A DNA stretch of 63,032 nucleotides, filler included, from Reticulomyxa filosa (lineage: Eukaryota > Protista > Foraminifera), in assembly GCA_000512085.1 (NCBI GenBank). It is 22 parts of 22 records of this genome, joined end to end, with 100 filler letters (N's around TTAATTAATTAA, not from the genome) between each part and the next. Parts side by side here need not be neighbours in the genome. Positions count along the whole stretch, not along the records: positions 1 to 21,730 come from ASPP01015063.1; positions 21,831 to 23,258 come from ASPP01037874.1; positions 23,359 to 26,856 come from ASPP01047080.1; 19 more parts are not named here. One strand, 5' to 3'. A model generated the notes under the pieces. It was not told the origin of the DNA. It did no database searches and saw only the letters and a list, made by a program, of their open reading frames with translations. Within the stretch, counting starts at the first letter, position 1; every line of letters starts with the position of its first letter. This document shows, piece after piece, positions 12,578-25,078 of the stretch. A program made the position numbers and the translations under genes.

Positions 12578-13471
12578 ATGACTGAGGCAAATGAAAAAAT
12601 AGAAAAAGATATGATATATTATTGCACATATCCAAAAGGTTATATATCACAAAGAGTATTTGTTTGTCAGACATGTAATGCGATGAACAATAACGATACT
12701 AATTATGTTGGTATATGTTATGCGTGCAAAAACTCTTGTCATGCCGGGCATAAAATATTAGACATATGGACAAAAGATCATTTTCGGTGTGATTGTGGGT
12801 ATCGTGGTAATTTAACAAAATGTGTTTGGAATGCGTTTGGTAAAAAAAATGACGAAAACAAACGTGTATATAACCATAATTTTATTGGCAAGTACTGTCA
12901 TTGTGAGAAATTATTCATCGAGGAAGAAAACAAGAATGAAAATGGAAATGAAGAAGAAAAAAAAGAAAATAATCTAATTAAGGGCAATGATGATTTAGAA
13001 ATATTATGGGTACAATGTTATTATTGTCAAGACTGGTTTCATTGTAATAAATGTGTTGGTGCATTACCTGAAAATGGTGATTTTATTTGTAAAAATTGTT
13101 GTTCAACAAGTTGTCAATTTTTATTGCCTTATCGATATAGTCCTGACAACAATGGTAATGATAATGCTAACAATAAATATAAAAAATTTTGTGTTAACGA
13201 AATGAAAGAAGGAACTAACAACATTGGCAATATCGAGAAAGGTATTTCATTAATTTCAAATTGGAAAGATTACTTATGTAAATGTAAAGAATGTATTTTA
13301 TTTTATCAAAAAAATCAATGTTATGATATTTTACAAAGTTTTAACAACAACAGTAATCATGACAATAATAGCAATGATTCTGCTATTGAAATTCATGACC
13401 AATGGCTTAATTATGGTTTAGAAAGTTTTATGAAAGAGATGCGCAAGAATTTGTTATCATTGAAAAGATAA
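12578..13471 (+). CDS. UBR7: UBR7-like E3 ligase (zf-UBR plus atypical PHD), intronless
   Basis: CTYPKGYISQRVFVCQTC..GICYACKNSCHAGH..WTKDHFRCDCG, YNHNFIGKYCHC, QCYYCQDWFH..C..FICKNC and LCKCKEC. Confidence 0.88.
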   Translation: MTEANEKIEKDMIYYCTYPKGYISQRVFVCQTCNAMNNNDTNYVGICYACKNSCHAGHKILDIWTKDHFRCDCGYRGNLTKCVWNAFGKKNDENKRVYNHNFIGKYCHCEKLFIEEENKNENGNEEEKKENNLIKGNDDLEILWVQCYYCQDWFHCNKCVGALPENGDFICKNCCSTSCQFLLPYRYSPDNNGNDNANNKYKKFCVNEMKEGTNNIGNIEKGISLISNWKDYLCKCKECILFYQKNQCYDILQSFNNNSNHDNNSNDSAIEIHDQWLNYGLESFMKEMRKNLLSLKR

Positions 13472-13962
13472 CACAAAACAAAATATTAAGTATTGTCCAT
13501 TTATTTTTTTGTGTGTAACGTTAAACTTTATTGTGGTTAATGACTCAAAAACTCCAATAACATATTCGTGCAAAAATGGTTCATTAATAATCTTTTGTTC
13601 AACAATTTAATCTCTTAAAATGTCAGCCATAAGCAATCGTTCCTTGCTTACCAATTTCGTTGAGATTTACAGGCTAGACTTGATTAATCGACTTTTGAGA
13701 GATCTCACTCCATTGATTGGTTCAGAGACCAAGAAGTAGAAATAAAAAAAATAAAAAAAATGGACGACATTTAAAGACTATCCATTGCATTGTATAGTGA
13801 ATGATTCGCTATTGAATACAGGGATAAATATGAACTCATTGATTGTTTAATTTTGTAAAACTCTCATTTAATCAATCACAAGAGGAACACATTTTTTTAA
13901 AGTAAAAAGCACATTGGTTTTCTTGAGGGTTATTCATTAAAATAAATTATTTCCAGAAAAAA

Positions 13963-15855
13963 TTATTTGGTACGTGTCAGTACAGGATCATCTTGCGATT
14001 GAAGCCAAGGTATTCTTTCCAATCCCCCACTGCTCCATCTCTCAGCGGGAAAGACTGTAAACTGCCTGTTAACAATATCAATACCAGCAAACTTCCAATA
14101 ATCACTCAACTTTCGTCTGTTGCCCATTCCATATTTTTCAATTTCATTTAAATTGGCTCGATCAATATAATCTGGTGTCCTTAGCTCCAAAACGCCCCAT
14201 AAAAAATTAATTCTCTTTTCCGCAGCATCACGCAGCTCGTCCATCTTTTACAAAACCCAAACAAAACAAGAATTTAAATATTGTATTGTGCTGCTTTATT
14301 ATTGTTTTTGTTTTGTTGTTTTTGTTACACGTTCGGCATTGATATGATTAATATTGAATCTTGGCGTTTTGCTTGCGTCTTCGTAATAGCGATGGAAAAC
14401 GATATCGTAAGGTGGCGAATACATATCATAGCCATGAGTCCAAGCTTTGGAAACAAACAAAAACTCTTCTCCATGAAACACAAATTTGCAATATGGATCC
14501 CAGGGCACTTGTTCGCGCAAGTGAGCTTTGCTGAATGAAAACCCGGCTGCCCAAAAAGGCACCAGTACCGAGCGATGAGCATCCCGTAATTTCGGTATTA
14601 CGTGAGTGTAACACCCATTGGCATTACGAGGCAAGTAATTGGATCCACCTTCAAAAATGCTTCCACAAATGTGATAACTCATGGGTTTTTCCGGATCCGG
14701 TCTTGTCCAAGCGGCTAAGTCATCATTCATCGACGTCTCCGGTTTCGGATAATGGGTTAGTATGCCATACTCATTTTCTAATCTGTACTCAAACACCACA
14801 CAATTTTGCCGTCATATTTCTTTTAAGCTATGCAATTCAAAAAAAAGATGAGGACAAAGGAGTGGATAACAAACTTGTGCCACAAATTTAATGCAATTTC
14901 ATCCCAATAAGGTCGAAAGAAAGTATGGCTATCAGTAATTAATAGAAATTTCTCGCCCTTATAAAGCTGATCCGCTTTGTAACGTCCCCAAATTGGTCCT
15001 GATATTGTTAAAAAAAGGAAATAAGTGTTAGCAAAAATTGGATAATAAAACAAGTGTTTATAGCAGTAAATTTTGTATCAATTTTAAAAAAAAAGAGACA
15101 CGAACCTGCAGCTTTAGCAACGCTCACACGCTCAATACGCACTTGCCACAATCGGGTACAGATCGGGTGAAATGGACAGTTGACACCAGAAATGTCCAAA
15201 CAATCCAAGTGTGAATCTGCTGTATTTTGTTCGTAAATTCCGAAAAAGAGATTGTCCGGATTGCTTGCGTTGCCAAATGCAGATATTACTGTTTCATTAC
15301 AATCCGGATCGTTCAAACTTGGAAATGTTATAAATATTGTGTTGGCACTTGTTTCGATGTTTTGTCCAGGTTTCTGGTTCAATACTGTCAAGCATTAAAA
15401 AAACATGTTTTTTGCAATCTTCCCTTTTTCGAGTGTACACTTCAAATAAAAGAGTTGGAAGATACACACCAACAGGATGTGGCATTATTCTAGATAAGCG
15501 ATTGTTATCAATGGACACTGTGCTGAATGGTAATTGTTTTATTTTATCATAAGGTGCTTCCGTTTGAATAGGGTCAGGTATTGTCTCTTTTTTCGTTTCA
15601 GTAGGGCTGCCCACAGCCAAAGGCACAGCCTTGGTCGTTTGGGGAGAGTAAAAAAATAAAAGATAAATCATGACCACGTTTGTTAGGATCAATACTAACG
15701 TTACAAACGTGCGTGTTCCTGCTTGATTTACGTACTGCTTGTCTTCTGAAAAACAAAACACGCGTGAAAACTAACCTCAGAACAATAGATGTTGAAATAT
15801 CACAAAAGACGTACTGACTGAATTGTCTCCGCCCACAACAATCCCAATTGCTCAT
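13963..15855 (-). CDS. GT60 (Gnt1/Gnt2-like) polypeptide alpha-GlcNAc transferase, N-terminal membrane anchor, multi-exon
   Basis: IFITFPSLNDPDC..TV..AF..ASNPDNLFFGIYEQN; GPIWGRY; DSHTFF..WD; ILTHYP; PFWAAGFSFS; VPWDP..FHGEE..WTHGYDMYSP..VFHRY; YGMGNRR..Y..FAGID. Transmembrane segment FVTLVLILTNVVMIYLLFFY. The start exon is uncertain. Confidence 0.85.
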
Positions 15856-16477
15856 TTTTACTTGGCGTCTTAATGGACTACTTCAAAAAAGTTGGGTAAC
15901 CATAAATTTAAAAAAGACTGAAGAAGACACATTCACTTGTAATATGCACAAAGTTTCCTTGTTGCAACTGAAATAAATTTCAAACTGTTTGAAAATTTTA
16001 CACTAGTTATATACATTTTTGTTTTTGGAAGGTTATATTCATTTCAACGTAACTTTAAATATTATTTTGATATCACTGTGGACAGAATTAATTATGTTAA
16101 CTAACAAAAAAAAAAATTTTTTAGCTCAATCGTCGTTATTTCAACTTACTGAAAAAGCTACTTTTTTGAAGGTTATTAGAGTTTGAACTGTCAAAAACTT
16201 CGACATCTTTGAAGATTTGAAGTTTATTTTGAAGTTTAGTTTTGGAAATATTGTTGAAAATTTTATCTGGAATTTTCAACGAAAAATTTCCACAAAAATT
16301 ATTGGATCAAGCAAGAATTCTTATAGTTGGACATCATTGGAGTTATTGGGAACCTGGTGGACATTGGAACTCCTGGTATATCTATTGACAGATTGTTGAA
16401 AAATTTGATTTGATCTTGAATTATATGGACATCGATTCGAAGGAAAGCGACGAAATAAACACAGAACACGAAAGAAC

Positions 16478-18991
16478 ATGACAAAGAATTCCAAAAATAT
16501 AGAACGATTATATGTTCAAACACCATATATAATTATACACAAGAAACGACGTCTATCAGAGACAGTGGATGAAGAAACTGATTTGGGTACATTTGACAGT
16601 AAAAATGAGAAAGTGGTGGAACAGAATTCGAAACATTACAACAATCGCTATCGTAAAAGCGACAACGATGAAAAAAGATGATAAAAGAAGAAGACTTGAA
16701 ATTGAAAAATGTACCAACATTGATAAGAAAACCGAAGACAATATTACAGTGTGAATATACAAATATTAGGTATTATGTCAGTAAATTGAAGATGTCTGAC
16801 GACTGGCTAAGATATACTAACTTACTAGATGTGAATCAGAACAAGCTAGCCAAGAAAATCAAAGTACATTCGCTATCTATGAACTGGAGAACGGTATTTG
16901 TGCATTTACTAGCTGAAGCTCAAAGTCAAGAACTAGAAGTGATAATGTAATATTTCATTAATATTACAAAACAACATAAACGGTTTTTACTACAAACAAC
17001 ACAAACTCGAACAAAATTTTAAGGCAAGCAACAACATGTTTGTCTGTTTTAAGAAGGATTTGACCAAAACAATACAAGAGCCAATTTAATGTAGAATGTT
17101 CGCTGATTTGGAATGTGAAGCTCAATATTTATAAGTGAAATCAACGAAATGCAAAGTCAATGGATTTAATAAAACATGCTTTGAATAATATTTGTTTATG
17201 GGCAAATTGTGGAAAATGGTCATTGCTTCAGAAAATACTCAATATATCACATCCAGAAATAAGAACAAGAAGAAATTACAATACTTCAACTAAATATGGA
17301 TGTAGTTTCAATCACAGAAAGATATAATGTCAAGTACTTGTAGTTGGTCATGGATTCGCAACTGAATTATTAACGGCATATCAATTAAGTCTATGGAAAG
17401 ACTGCTAGTAAACTAGGGTACTTGTGTCAACATAAAGGAATTAGAAAATCACTATCAGTATATACATTAATATTCAAGCAATAATTTGTCTTTCTATCAA
17501 ATATGAATGTGCATTTTGGAATGGTGTAGCAGAAGTTCATAAAAAGAAATTGTAAAGGATCCAAAGAATTACAATTTGCAGGATTTTGTGAGTAATGAAT
17601 ACGACTGCGTATGACAAAGTGAATGTCATATATTAAATTCCTCTACTTGAATTGAGACGACAAGAAGAAGTGATAATATACCAGCAATTTATTAAATGGA
17701 CAGTAATATTTCATAATCACAATTTAGCTCAAGCTTATCGAATGTGGGAAAAGCATAAATTGACAAATAATTCCAATTACATTACATGGACCGGTAAGTT
17801 GTCGGCATTGTCTAGTGGTTGCATCAGTACAGGTGAATTAAACATCACTGAAGTAGAATCTGATCGTCACAACTTCTCAAATGAAAGTGACAACATTCAC
17901 GCAATCTGAAAGATCACCATTCGCAAAGACAGTGAGCCAATAACAGACCAAATATTGATATCTTTGACAGATGATTATGTGGTAATATACTGCGATGGAA
18001 GTTTATTTCCCAACCCTGGATTCGGGAGTGCAGGATTGGTGATTCAAGATCCATCACAACCACAATGGTTGGGATGTGAGTATCAAATGAATGGAATCAC
18101 TACAAATTATGGGTGTGAAATCAAAGCGCTAGAGTATGTTGACAAGAACTACAAGTAGCACCAATATCGTGTGATTATTCTGTGTGATTGTAAATTTATC
18201 GTCAATTCACTGGCGAATAAATGGAATTCTGAAGAATACAAAGCACAAATTGGAGACTGCCAACAAATTATCAAAACTTTCGACAACGACAATGTTCATG
18301 AAATATATTGGATCAAAGAACATTCAGGAAACATAGAAACGAATGTGCAGATATTGTTGCAAAGATAGTACGAAGAACTGAAGAATCGAAACAACATAAT
18401 ATATACAAACTCATATATAAATAAGTGTTATTTCTAAATAATTAAGGATTAAACAAGCCATTTACTGCAGAGTGGAATCGATATTGGGTAAATGAAGGTA
18501 GTGAAATCTATCAACACAAATTCCCAAAGACATTTCTACAAGACCTTAAAGAAGTAAAGTCATTTGAAAGAACAGTTCTCAATCGACTCACAGTTGGAGA
18601 ACGAAGAGTAATTTGCAAATTAATCACTGGAAAGGTTGGATTAAATAAGGATATCTTATGATAATTGATTTTCTCAATGAAAAATCAATTATCATCATAA
18701 GATATGTTTTAGGCGTTCAGTTTTCTTTGCAACCTACTGTATCTGCACAAGATCATAAGAGCTTACACTACATTTTGTCAAACATTTCTTAATGAAATGT
18801 CAATATTACAATTTGTTGCGATGGAGATGGTGGACAAATGTGCAAAACCCGCTCACAGTTTCTTCATTACCATTCCTGAGTTTAAAAGACTTAGCGGTAC
18901 GAAGGAAAGAATGGCAACCAGAAACCAGAATAACTGTGGTGAAAGAAACTGCATTGTTTGTCATTCAAACCAAACGAACAATATGAAATAA
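16478..18991 (+). mobile_element. Degenerate non-LTR retrotransposon (LINE) with RT C-terminus, RNase H and CCHC remnants
   Basis: Fragments broken by many stops and frameshifts: YECAFWNG..KKL.RIQRI, IYCDGS..NPG.GSAG, TTNYGCEIKAL, IILCDCKF, IYWIKEHSG and HFLMKCQYY..R..WW. Confidence 0.8.
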
Positions 18992-19508
18992 TCTTTTAAC
19001 TCAAATAGAACTGGATTATTCTTTTGACACCAAATACTTCAAACATTGAAAATTCTGCTACAATGAATTGCCAAAAAGCTCTCTTTGACATAGTTAAGTA
19101 TTTGTATATGCTCATTTGCGACTAAACAAAACTAATGACCAAAATTCAATGTTATCTTTATTGAAGTCAAAGATATGCTGAAAAACAACATCTAATCCAA
19201 ATTTTTAAAAATATCTGTAAATCATGAGATTAATGTTGTTTATTCATGAAGAAAATCAGCCTTCTCCATAAGGTGCCATTTTATGTGTAACTCGTTTACA
19301 TTCTACTATCCTTTGGCCAAAATGAAATGGAAAATTGTTAATTAGGTTGAAACGTTAATAAAAAAGATTTTGGAATAATCTATATTGTTCAGCATCTTTG
19401 GTTTCTTCGAAAAGAGTTTTTTAGAATTTCCTTTCGAAATAAACTTACCAGCATCCTTCCAAATAATAAATTTGATAAGAGATATTCCTTCAACTTACTT
19501 TACATAGC

Positions 19509-20909
19509 ATGGCTGATGAAAACACATCAGCGAAACGAGAATTGAAGCGCTTCAAATTTGCTCCTCCTAAAAAGAGACGCCGTGTGTCAGCAAGCAGCGA
19601 AGGATGGCTGCAAGTCTCTCAAGAAGTTCGTGCAATAGCAGAAGAGCAAAAACGTAAAACAGCAAAAGAAAAAAAAGAAACAAAAGTAACAAAAGAAGAA
19701 AAGACGGAGGATAAAAAAAAGGAGTCAAAACAGCAGACTGGCAAAGAATTGGAGGCGGTGTTGGAGAGACTGAAAGATGACTTTCGATTGTATGTATTTG
19801 CACCAATGGAAATACGATTAGAGCTCGAGAAATACACGGAAGCAAATAGGCTGACCAGACAACAGCGCTTAATAATATATGCCAATACATTGGATGCGCG
19901 TATATTGGATCCTGTTTTGATTGCCAAAGAAAAGCTGCAAAATCCATTTCAAATCCCGATAGAAATGAAAACCCAAGTGTTACCCAAATATGCAATTCCA
20001 ATTTTCTTGAAGTCGCAAATGTATGGATTACTCCCAGATCGGACACTTGTGGACCAATGTCTACATTACATGAAGCGTAACAATATTCTGAGGCACTTCC
20101 AATTCAAGGTGGAGCCAATTTCTTGGGCCCCTCGTCAATTGCTTTCCAAAACAAATGGTACTGTGTTAGATCCAAATTTGAATATTGAGAAAAATACCAG
20201 TGTTGTGCAGTCCAATCCCACGTTCGGGTATTTTTGCGATAATGGAATTCTTGATTGCTTTTGTTTCACAACAGATTTGCAATTCCTTTTGCAACACAAA
20301 TTTGCAGAACTGATGTCACTGTTGTCCACCGACAAAACAACTACAACCAAGACAACAACTACAGTCATCACTGCTGATGACCATAACAATAACAATTTGA
20401 ATGGAAAGAAAGACCAAACCCCTTTGATTCAACATACTTTGTGTGATAATCATAGCAACGAAGAGACTACGAATGAAAGTGTACACTTGGATCACCAGAG
20501 GTGGTTGACAGCTTTTGTGTCGCAATTGCTTCCCAAACACTGTGATTGCACCATTAGTGAAGCGCAGCTGTTGGAACACTTGAGTGTCGATCCTCGTGAA
20601 CCAAATGCTAAAGACGCAATCACTTTTTTAATCAACTGTGGTCTTATCATTGCCTCACAAAAACACAAACTGTACAATTTCACATTTCCAAATGCTTCTT
20701 CTATTATCACATATGTCAGACAGGCCAGGAAAGAAATGGTCAGTATACTCCGGAAAAAAAAGTATTTTGAAATGCCCAAAGACGAATTCATTTTCCGAAA
20801 GTTAAAGTCGAGTCCTCTTGGAGCACTTTTTCATTTTCGAGATTTGCTGGGATTGAACGTCATCCAAGAAGTTCTCACTGCTTCTGGTACTATTGTCAAA
20901 CTGTGTTAA
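19509..20909 (+). CDS. STK19: STK19 (winged-helix transcription-coupled repair factor) homolog, intronless
   Basis: IPIFLKSQMYGLLPDRTLVDQCL and the C-terminus ITFLINCGLI..FPNASSIITYVRQARKEMVSILRKKKYFE..LGALFHFRDLLG..VLTASGTIVKL parallel the STK19 family (recalled human motifs PIVLRSQVYSLVPDRTVADR and LGLTYHVHDLIG..TTSGTLLRL). Confidence 0.85.
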   Translation: MADENTSAKRELKRFKFAPPKKRRRVSASSEGWLQVSQEVRAIAEEQKRKTAKEKKETKVTKEEKTEDKKKESKQQTGKELEAVLERLKDDFRLYVFAPMEIRLELEKYTEANRLTRQQRLIIYANTLDARILDPVLIAKEKLQNPFQIPIEMKTQVLPKYAIPIFLKSQMYGLLPDRTLVDQCLHYMKRNNILRHFQFKVEPISWAPRQLLSKTNGTVLDPNLNIEKNTSVVQSNPTFGYFCDNGILDCFCFTTDLQFLLQHKFAELMSLLSTDKTTTTKTTTTVITADDHNNNNLNGKKDQTPLIQHTLCDNHSNEETTNESVHLDHQRWLTAFVSQLLPKHCDCTISEAQLLEHLSVDPREPNAKDAITFLINCGLIIASQKHKLYNFTFPNASSIITYVRQARKEMVSILRKKKYFEMPKDEFIFRKLKSSPLGALFHFRDLLGLNVIQEVLTASGTIVKLC

Positions 20910-21730
20910 ACGCTGTATCTAGTCATTGCTATTGCCGCTGTTCCCAATATAAACGGTAACAATTTCTTAATACTTGCGATCCTTTTTTTTCTTGTCGAAT
21001 GAAAACGATTTTTTATGATCACTGTTGTCTGTCAATTTCAATCGGATTAATTTTTAAATTGCCACTTTCGAATATCATTGATCATTTAAATATATATTCA
21101 TCTTCCCTAAAATAATCTTTTTGCGCTTAATCAGTTTGGATCGTATGTTTACATAAAATTTTACTGACCACTTTTGTGCAATGGTTTAGATGCAATAATC
21201 TAGTTGCATTTTAATAAATAAAAATATACACGTAACCTTTTCCCTAAGTAATATCTTTTAATCATTGACAACGATAATCAAATATCAAATCGAAAAAAAA
21301 CGGACATAATTTTTCTTGTAAGAACATTGTATACATGTTTAAAAAGTTCAAATTTGATATTTTTTTGAGAACGAATAACAGGTTAGATAACATTGTTCTG
21401 TTAGTTCAAGTGAACCCTTCTGTTTGTTTTGTTTAATTTTTCTTTTGTTCGGTTATTATTTTGATTGTTTTGTGTTGTGCGGTAATGATTTACGTTCATT
21501 TGTTCTTGTATTTTTTTTTTGCATTCACGAAAGCGCACAAATAGGTTTAATTTTTAATTGAATAAATTGAAATCATAATTAGCACATTCACAGTTCGGAA
21601 CAGAATCTTTGTTTCTAATATTGTTAATAGAGCACTTCATTCTAAGAAATAGGACATAGTACTCAAACACAAAACAAAAGAAAGAACAGCCACAAAGTGC
21701 ACACACAAAAAATTAATTTAAACACTTCAT

Positions 21731-21830
21731 NNNNNNNNNNNNNNNNNNNNNNNNNNNNNNNNNNNNNNNNNNNNTTAATTAATTAANNNNNNNNNNNNNN
21801 NNNNNNNNNNNNNNNNNNNNNNNNNNNNNN
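21731..21830. other. Artificial contig-joining spacer (N44-TTAATTAATTAA-N44), first of 21
   Basis: Identical 100-nt spacers with stop codons in all six frames also begin at 23259, 26857, 28601, 29824, 32616, 33936, 35438, 36592, 37998, 39994, 44771, 45920, 48341, 49722, 51733, 54896, 56022, 57496, 58915 and 60464. Confidence 0.98.
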
Positions 21831-23485
21831 TTTTTATTTTTTATAAATATGACAAATCATTGCGGTATTTTGATGCGATGTTGTGTTGGTTGTGAATAAA
21901 TTGTTGGAGTTGCTTGTGTGTTTATTGCGTCGCTTTGTTAGCATTGAAAGATTGGACAGTGGTACTTTGTTGTTTGGGAGTGGCTTGCGACAAAGTAAAA
22001 GAGGAAGGCTGCTGTTGATTGTTTGTAAGTAGACACAAATGTAATCATTGCAATGCTATTCATAAAAATATGTTAATTGTTATGCAATCATTAACATTTG
22101 ACCTTTCTTACGGATTTTCAAAACAGTGTGACGGCGTTGTTCGAACATTGAATAAATATCACAAAGTGCAAATCAAAAATTATACGCTTGCTCATTTGAA
22201 AGAAATTGTTAAAAGCATTGGATCCCATAAGATGAGTATCATGAACAAAAGCCATTTGGTCCAAGCTGCGATATCATTGTTGGATGCTACACCCCTGAGG
22301 ACTACAACGGTAACACATTATCCTGCCAAAAGCTTGGAGATACGTGCGCTGGCCTCATCGGACATGTGGGTGTTAACATAGATGTGATTTGAGGTGTGGA
22401 GGTGCAATCGTGGACTGTGCATTGGAAATTATTATGATTATTCCTCCGGTTATTTCTTGTTGGCTGTGGTGATTCTGCGAGGAAATAGGGATGACAATGA
22501 ATAATTCGTCATGTCCAAATGATCCTTGATAGTAATTGTGCTGATCCATACGAGTGTCGCATGTCACTAATTCGTTAGACTTTTGTATAGGGGGGATGGT
22601 TGCTACTTGGGCTCGTCAATAGCCCTGGTAGAAGGATGGCATCTTCTTTGTCTTCATGCGGGCTGACAGGGCTTGATAACAACTGATGCTGTGCTGGTGT
22701 TTGCGTCGTTGTGCTTTCATCTATGGACCGAATTTGTTGTCGCGTTTTAAGTTTTTACTGTTCAATGTACGCGTTGCTTTGATAAGTTGATTGAATACTA
22801 GATGCTGCAGCAGTTGTTTCTAATAATCTCAAACTTGGTCCAGTGTCTTGCATTGCGTGCCCTGTGGCACTGAAAACAATATTGAAATATTAGACTGCTT
22901 GGCCAAACATAATAACAAAATATTCATACATTTATTACACCCATGTTGGCTTCGATAATTTGTTTTAGCTTTATTGAAATTTTTTAATATAATACGAAAT
23001 TGTGTTAGTCCTGATCCCTAAGCCCTAAGTTTAAAAAATTTAATTTTAAATAAAAATTCCAAAAAAAAGATTTACTTAAATCAAGTGCAAATTTAACAAA
23101 AATTAACAAATTTTACAAGATCAAGATTTGTATTATTTGAGATACAAATGGCAGCGAGCTAATAAAAGAGCAACCAACGAAAAGACAAATTTTAAATCAT
23201 AAGCTTTAAGTTTTATTTTTTTAGGACAAATTGGATTTTTTAATTTTATTTTGTTGTTNNNNNNNNNNNNNNNNNNNNNNNNNNNNNNNNNNNNNNNNNN
23301 NNTTAATTAATTAANNNNNNNNNNNNNNNNNNNNNNNNNNNNNNNNNNNNNNNNNNNNTCAATGTACTTTTTGATTATTTTCATCTGGTAAAAATCAATT
23401 AACTAAAATATTTTTAGTTTAGAATTGACTTAAAAATTATCAATTTGAATTTTCTAAACGACACACAATATAAGAAAAAATTATT

Positions 23486-24506
23486 ATGAAATCAATTGAA
23501 TCCAGAAAAATTAAGGAATTTTATTGAAAAAAGGATTGTCTTATTGAAAGATAAATCAAGAAACTGGAATTAGTATTGGGAAATTAAGCCAAATTAAAAG
23601 AAAAACAGTAATTCGATGTAATTCGAACATTCCAAAAACACAAAACGTCCCAAAAAAATGGACATTAGATGTGAAAGGAAGTTGATACGTTTACTAGTAT
23701 CTGTCAAATGTTCTACTGCCACTGGAATGAAGAAAGAAATTGAAAATGATAGTCCTTTCCCTACTATATCTGTTTCAACTTGCAAAAGAACTCTTTATCG
23801 TGCTGGATTTCGTGGAAGATCAAAAATAAAAAAACCATATCTTAAGAAAATACTTCGTCAAAAACGTTTAATATTTGCTATAAATTATAAAAATTGGACA
23901 ATTGAAGAATGGAAGAAGGTATTGTGGTCAGATGAAAGTAAGGTAAGTGTTTTTGACTCAAATGACCGGCAGTATTGCTGGAGAAAACGTGGAGAACCAA
24001 TTCAAGATAGTCATGTAATTCCAACAATAAAGCATGGTGGAGGATCTCTCATGATATGGGGCTGTATGACTTGGTATGGAGTCGGTTTTTTATGCAAAAT
24101 CGATAATACTCTAGACGCTGCATTGTATCAAACAATTCTAGGTGATGAACTAACGAAAACATTAGAATGGTATCAAATGGAAAAACTTGATATCATTTTT
24201 CAACATGACAATGACCCAAAACATACAGCGAAATCTACACAAAAATGAGTTGCAAAAAAAAATATTAATGTTCTTCAGTGACCTTCACAGTCTCCAGATA
24301 TGAATCCGATGGAATATTTGTGGAATGAATTAAAACGACTTATTAAAAATCATAAAAATCATCCGACATTAATCCAAAGCTTGTGGGAGATTGTTCAAGA
24401 TGAATGTGAAAAAATACCGGTAGAATTTTGTCAGAAATTAATTAGCAGTATGCTGGAGAGGGTTTTAGAACTGAAGGAAAAAAAAGGAAGTTATACAAAA
24501 TGGTAG
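23486..24506 (+). mobile_element. Tc1/mariner (IS630-Tc1) DDE transposase, inactivated
   Basis: WKKVLWSDESK, PTIKHGGGSLMIWGCM, FQHDNDPKHTAK and (W)PSQSPDMNPMEYLW. In-frame TGA codons at 24246 and 24279, and the N-terminal HTH is disrupted. Confidence 0.92.
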
Positions 24507-25078
24507 TTTTTTATTTTTTTTAAAGTAATTTCTTAGTAGTGTTTCTAGAAAAAGCGTATGTACGTAGTTAATAATTTTGAAAATGAAATAGATTATAAAT
24601 TATCAATCTGAAAAATCAAAAAATTGCATATTTCTAGAGTATAAATGTAAGTATTTACTCATTCAATTGTCGTTCTCATTATGCATTGCACCACAACATC
24701 AGCAATGTTATTCTTCCAATTTTTTTCACTTTTAATTTTTAAAAATAAAAAAGCAAAATATGTATTGTGTGGAAGCATGTTCTACTAACATCTGTTCCAC
24801 GCCACACTACATAGTACAGTAGAATGCAAAGTAAAGCTTACAAATAAAACAGCACATTATATAGAATTGATTTTCTTATTGAAAAAACATCATATAATTT
24901 TTTAAAAATACGCAAATATCGCAGTTTTTAAATATTATTTTGTTTTTTATTAATTTTTTACTAATTATTTCGACATATTGTCCTTTATTTTTTTTAAGTT
25001 TAGTATAGTTTTTAATTTTTAAATAACTAAATGATTGAAAAAAAGTACAATTAATGGACATTCGATTATTGTAAAAGA

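Noticed and set aside
21831-23258. Coding or retroelement ORF1 remnant on the minus strand
   Set aside because: Coding-like composition with many stops and no diagnostic motif, so I cannot assign it.
24246-24281. TGA = Trp genetic code
   Set aside because: Other Trp codons in the same transposase are TGG, the element has further lesions, and no conserved host gene shows in-frame TGA at Trp positions.
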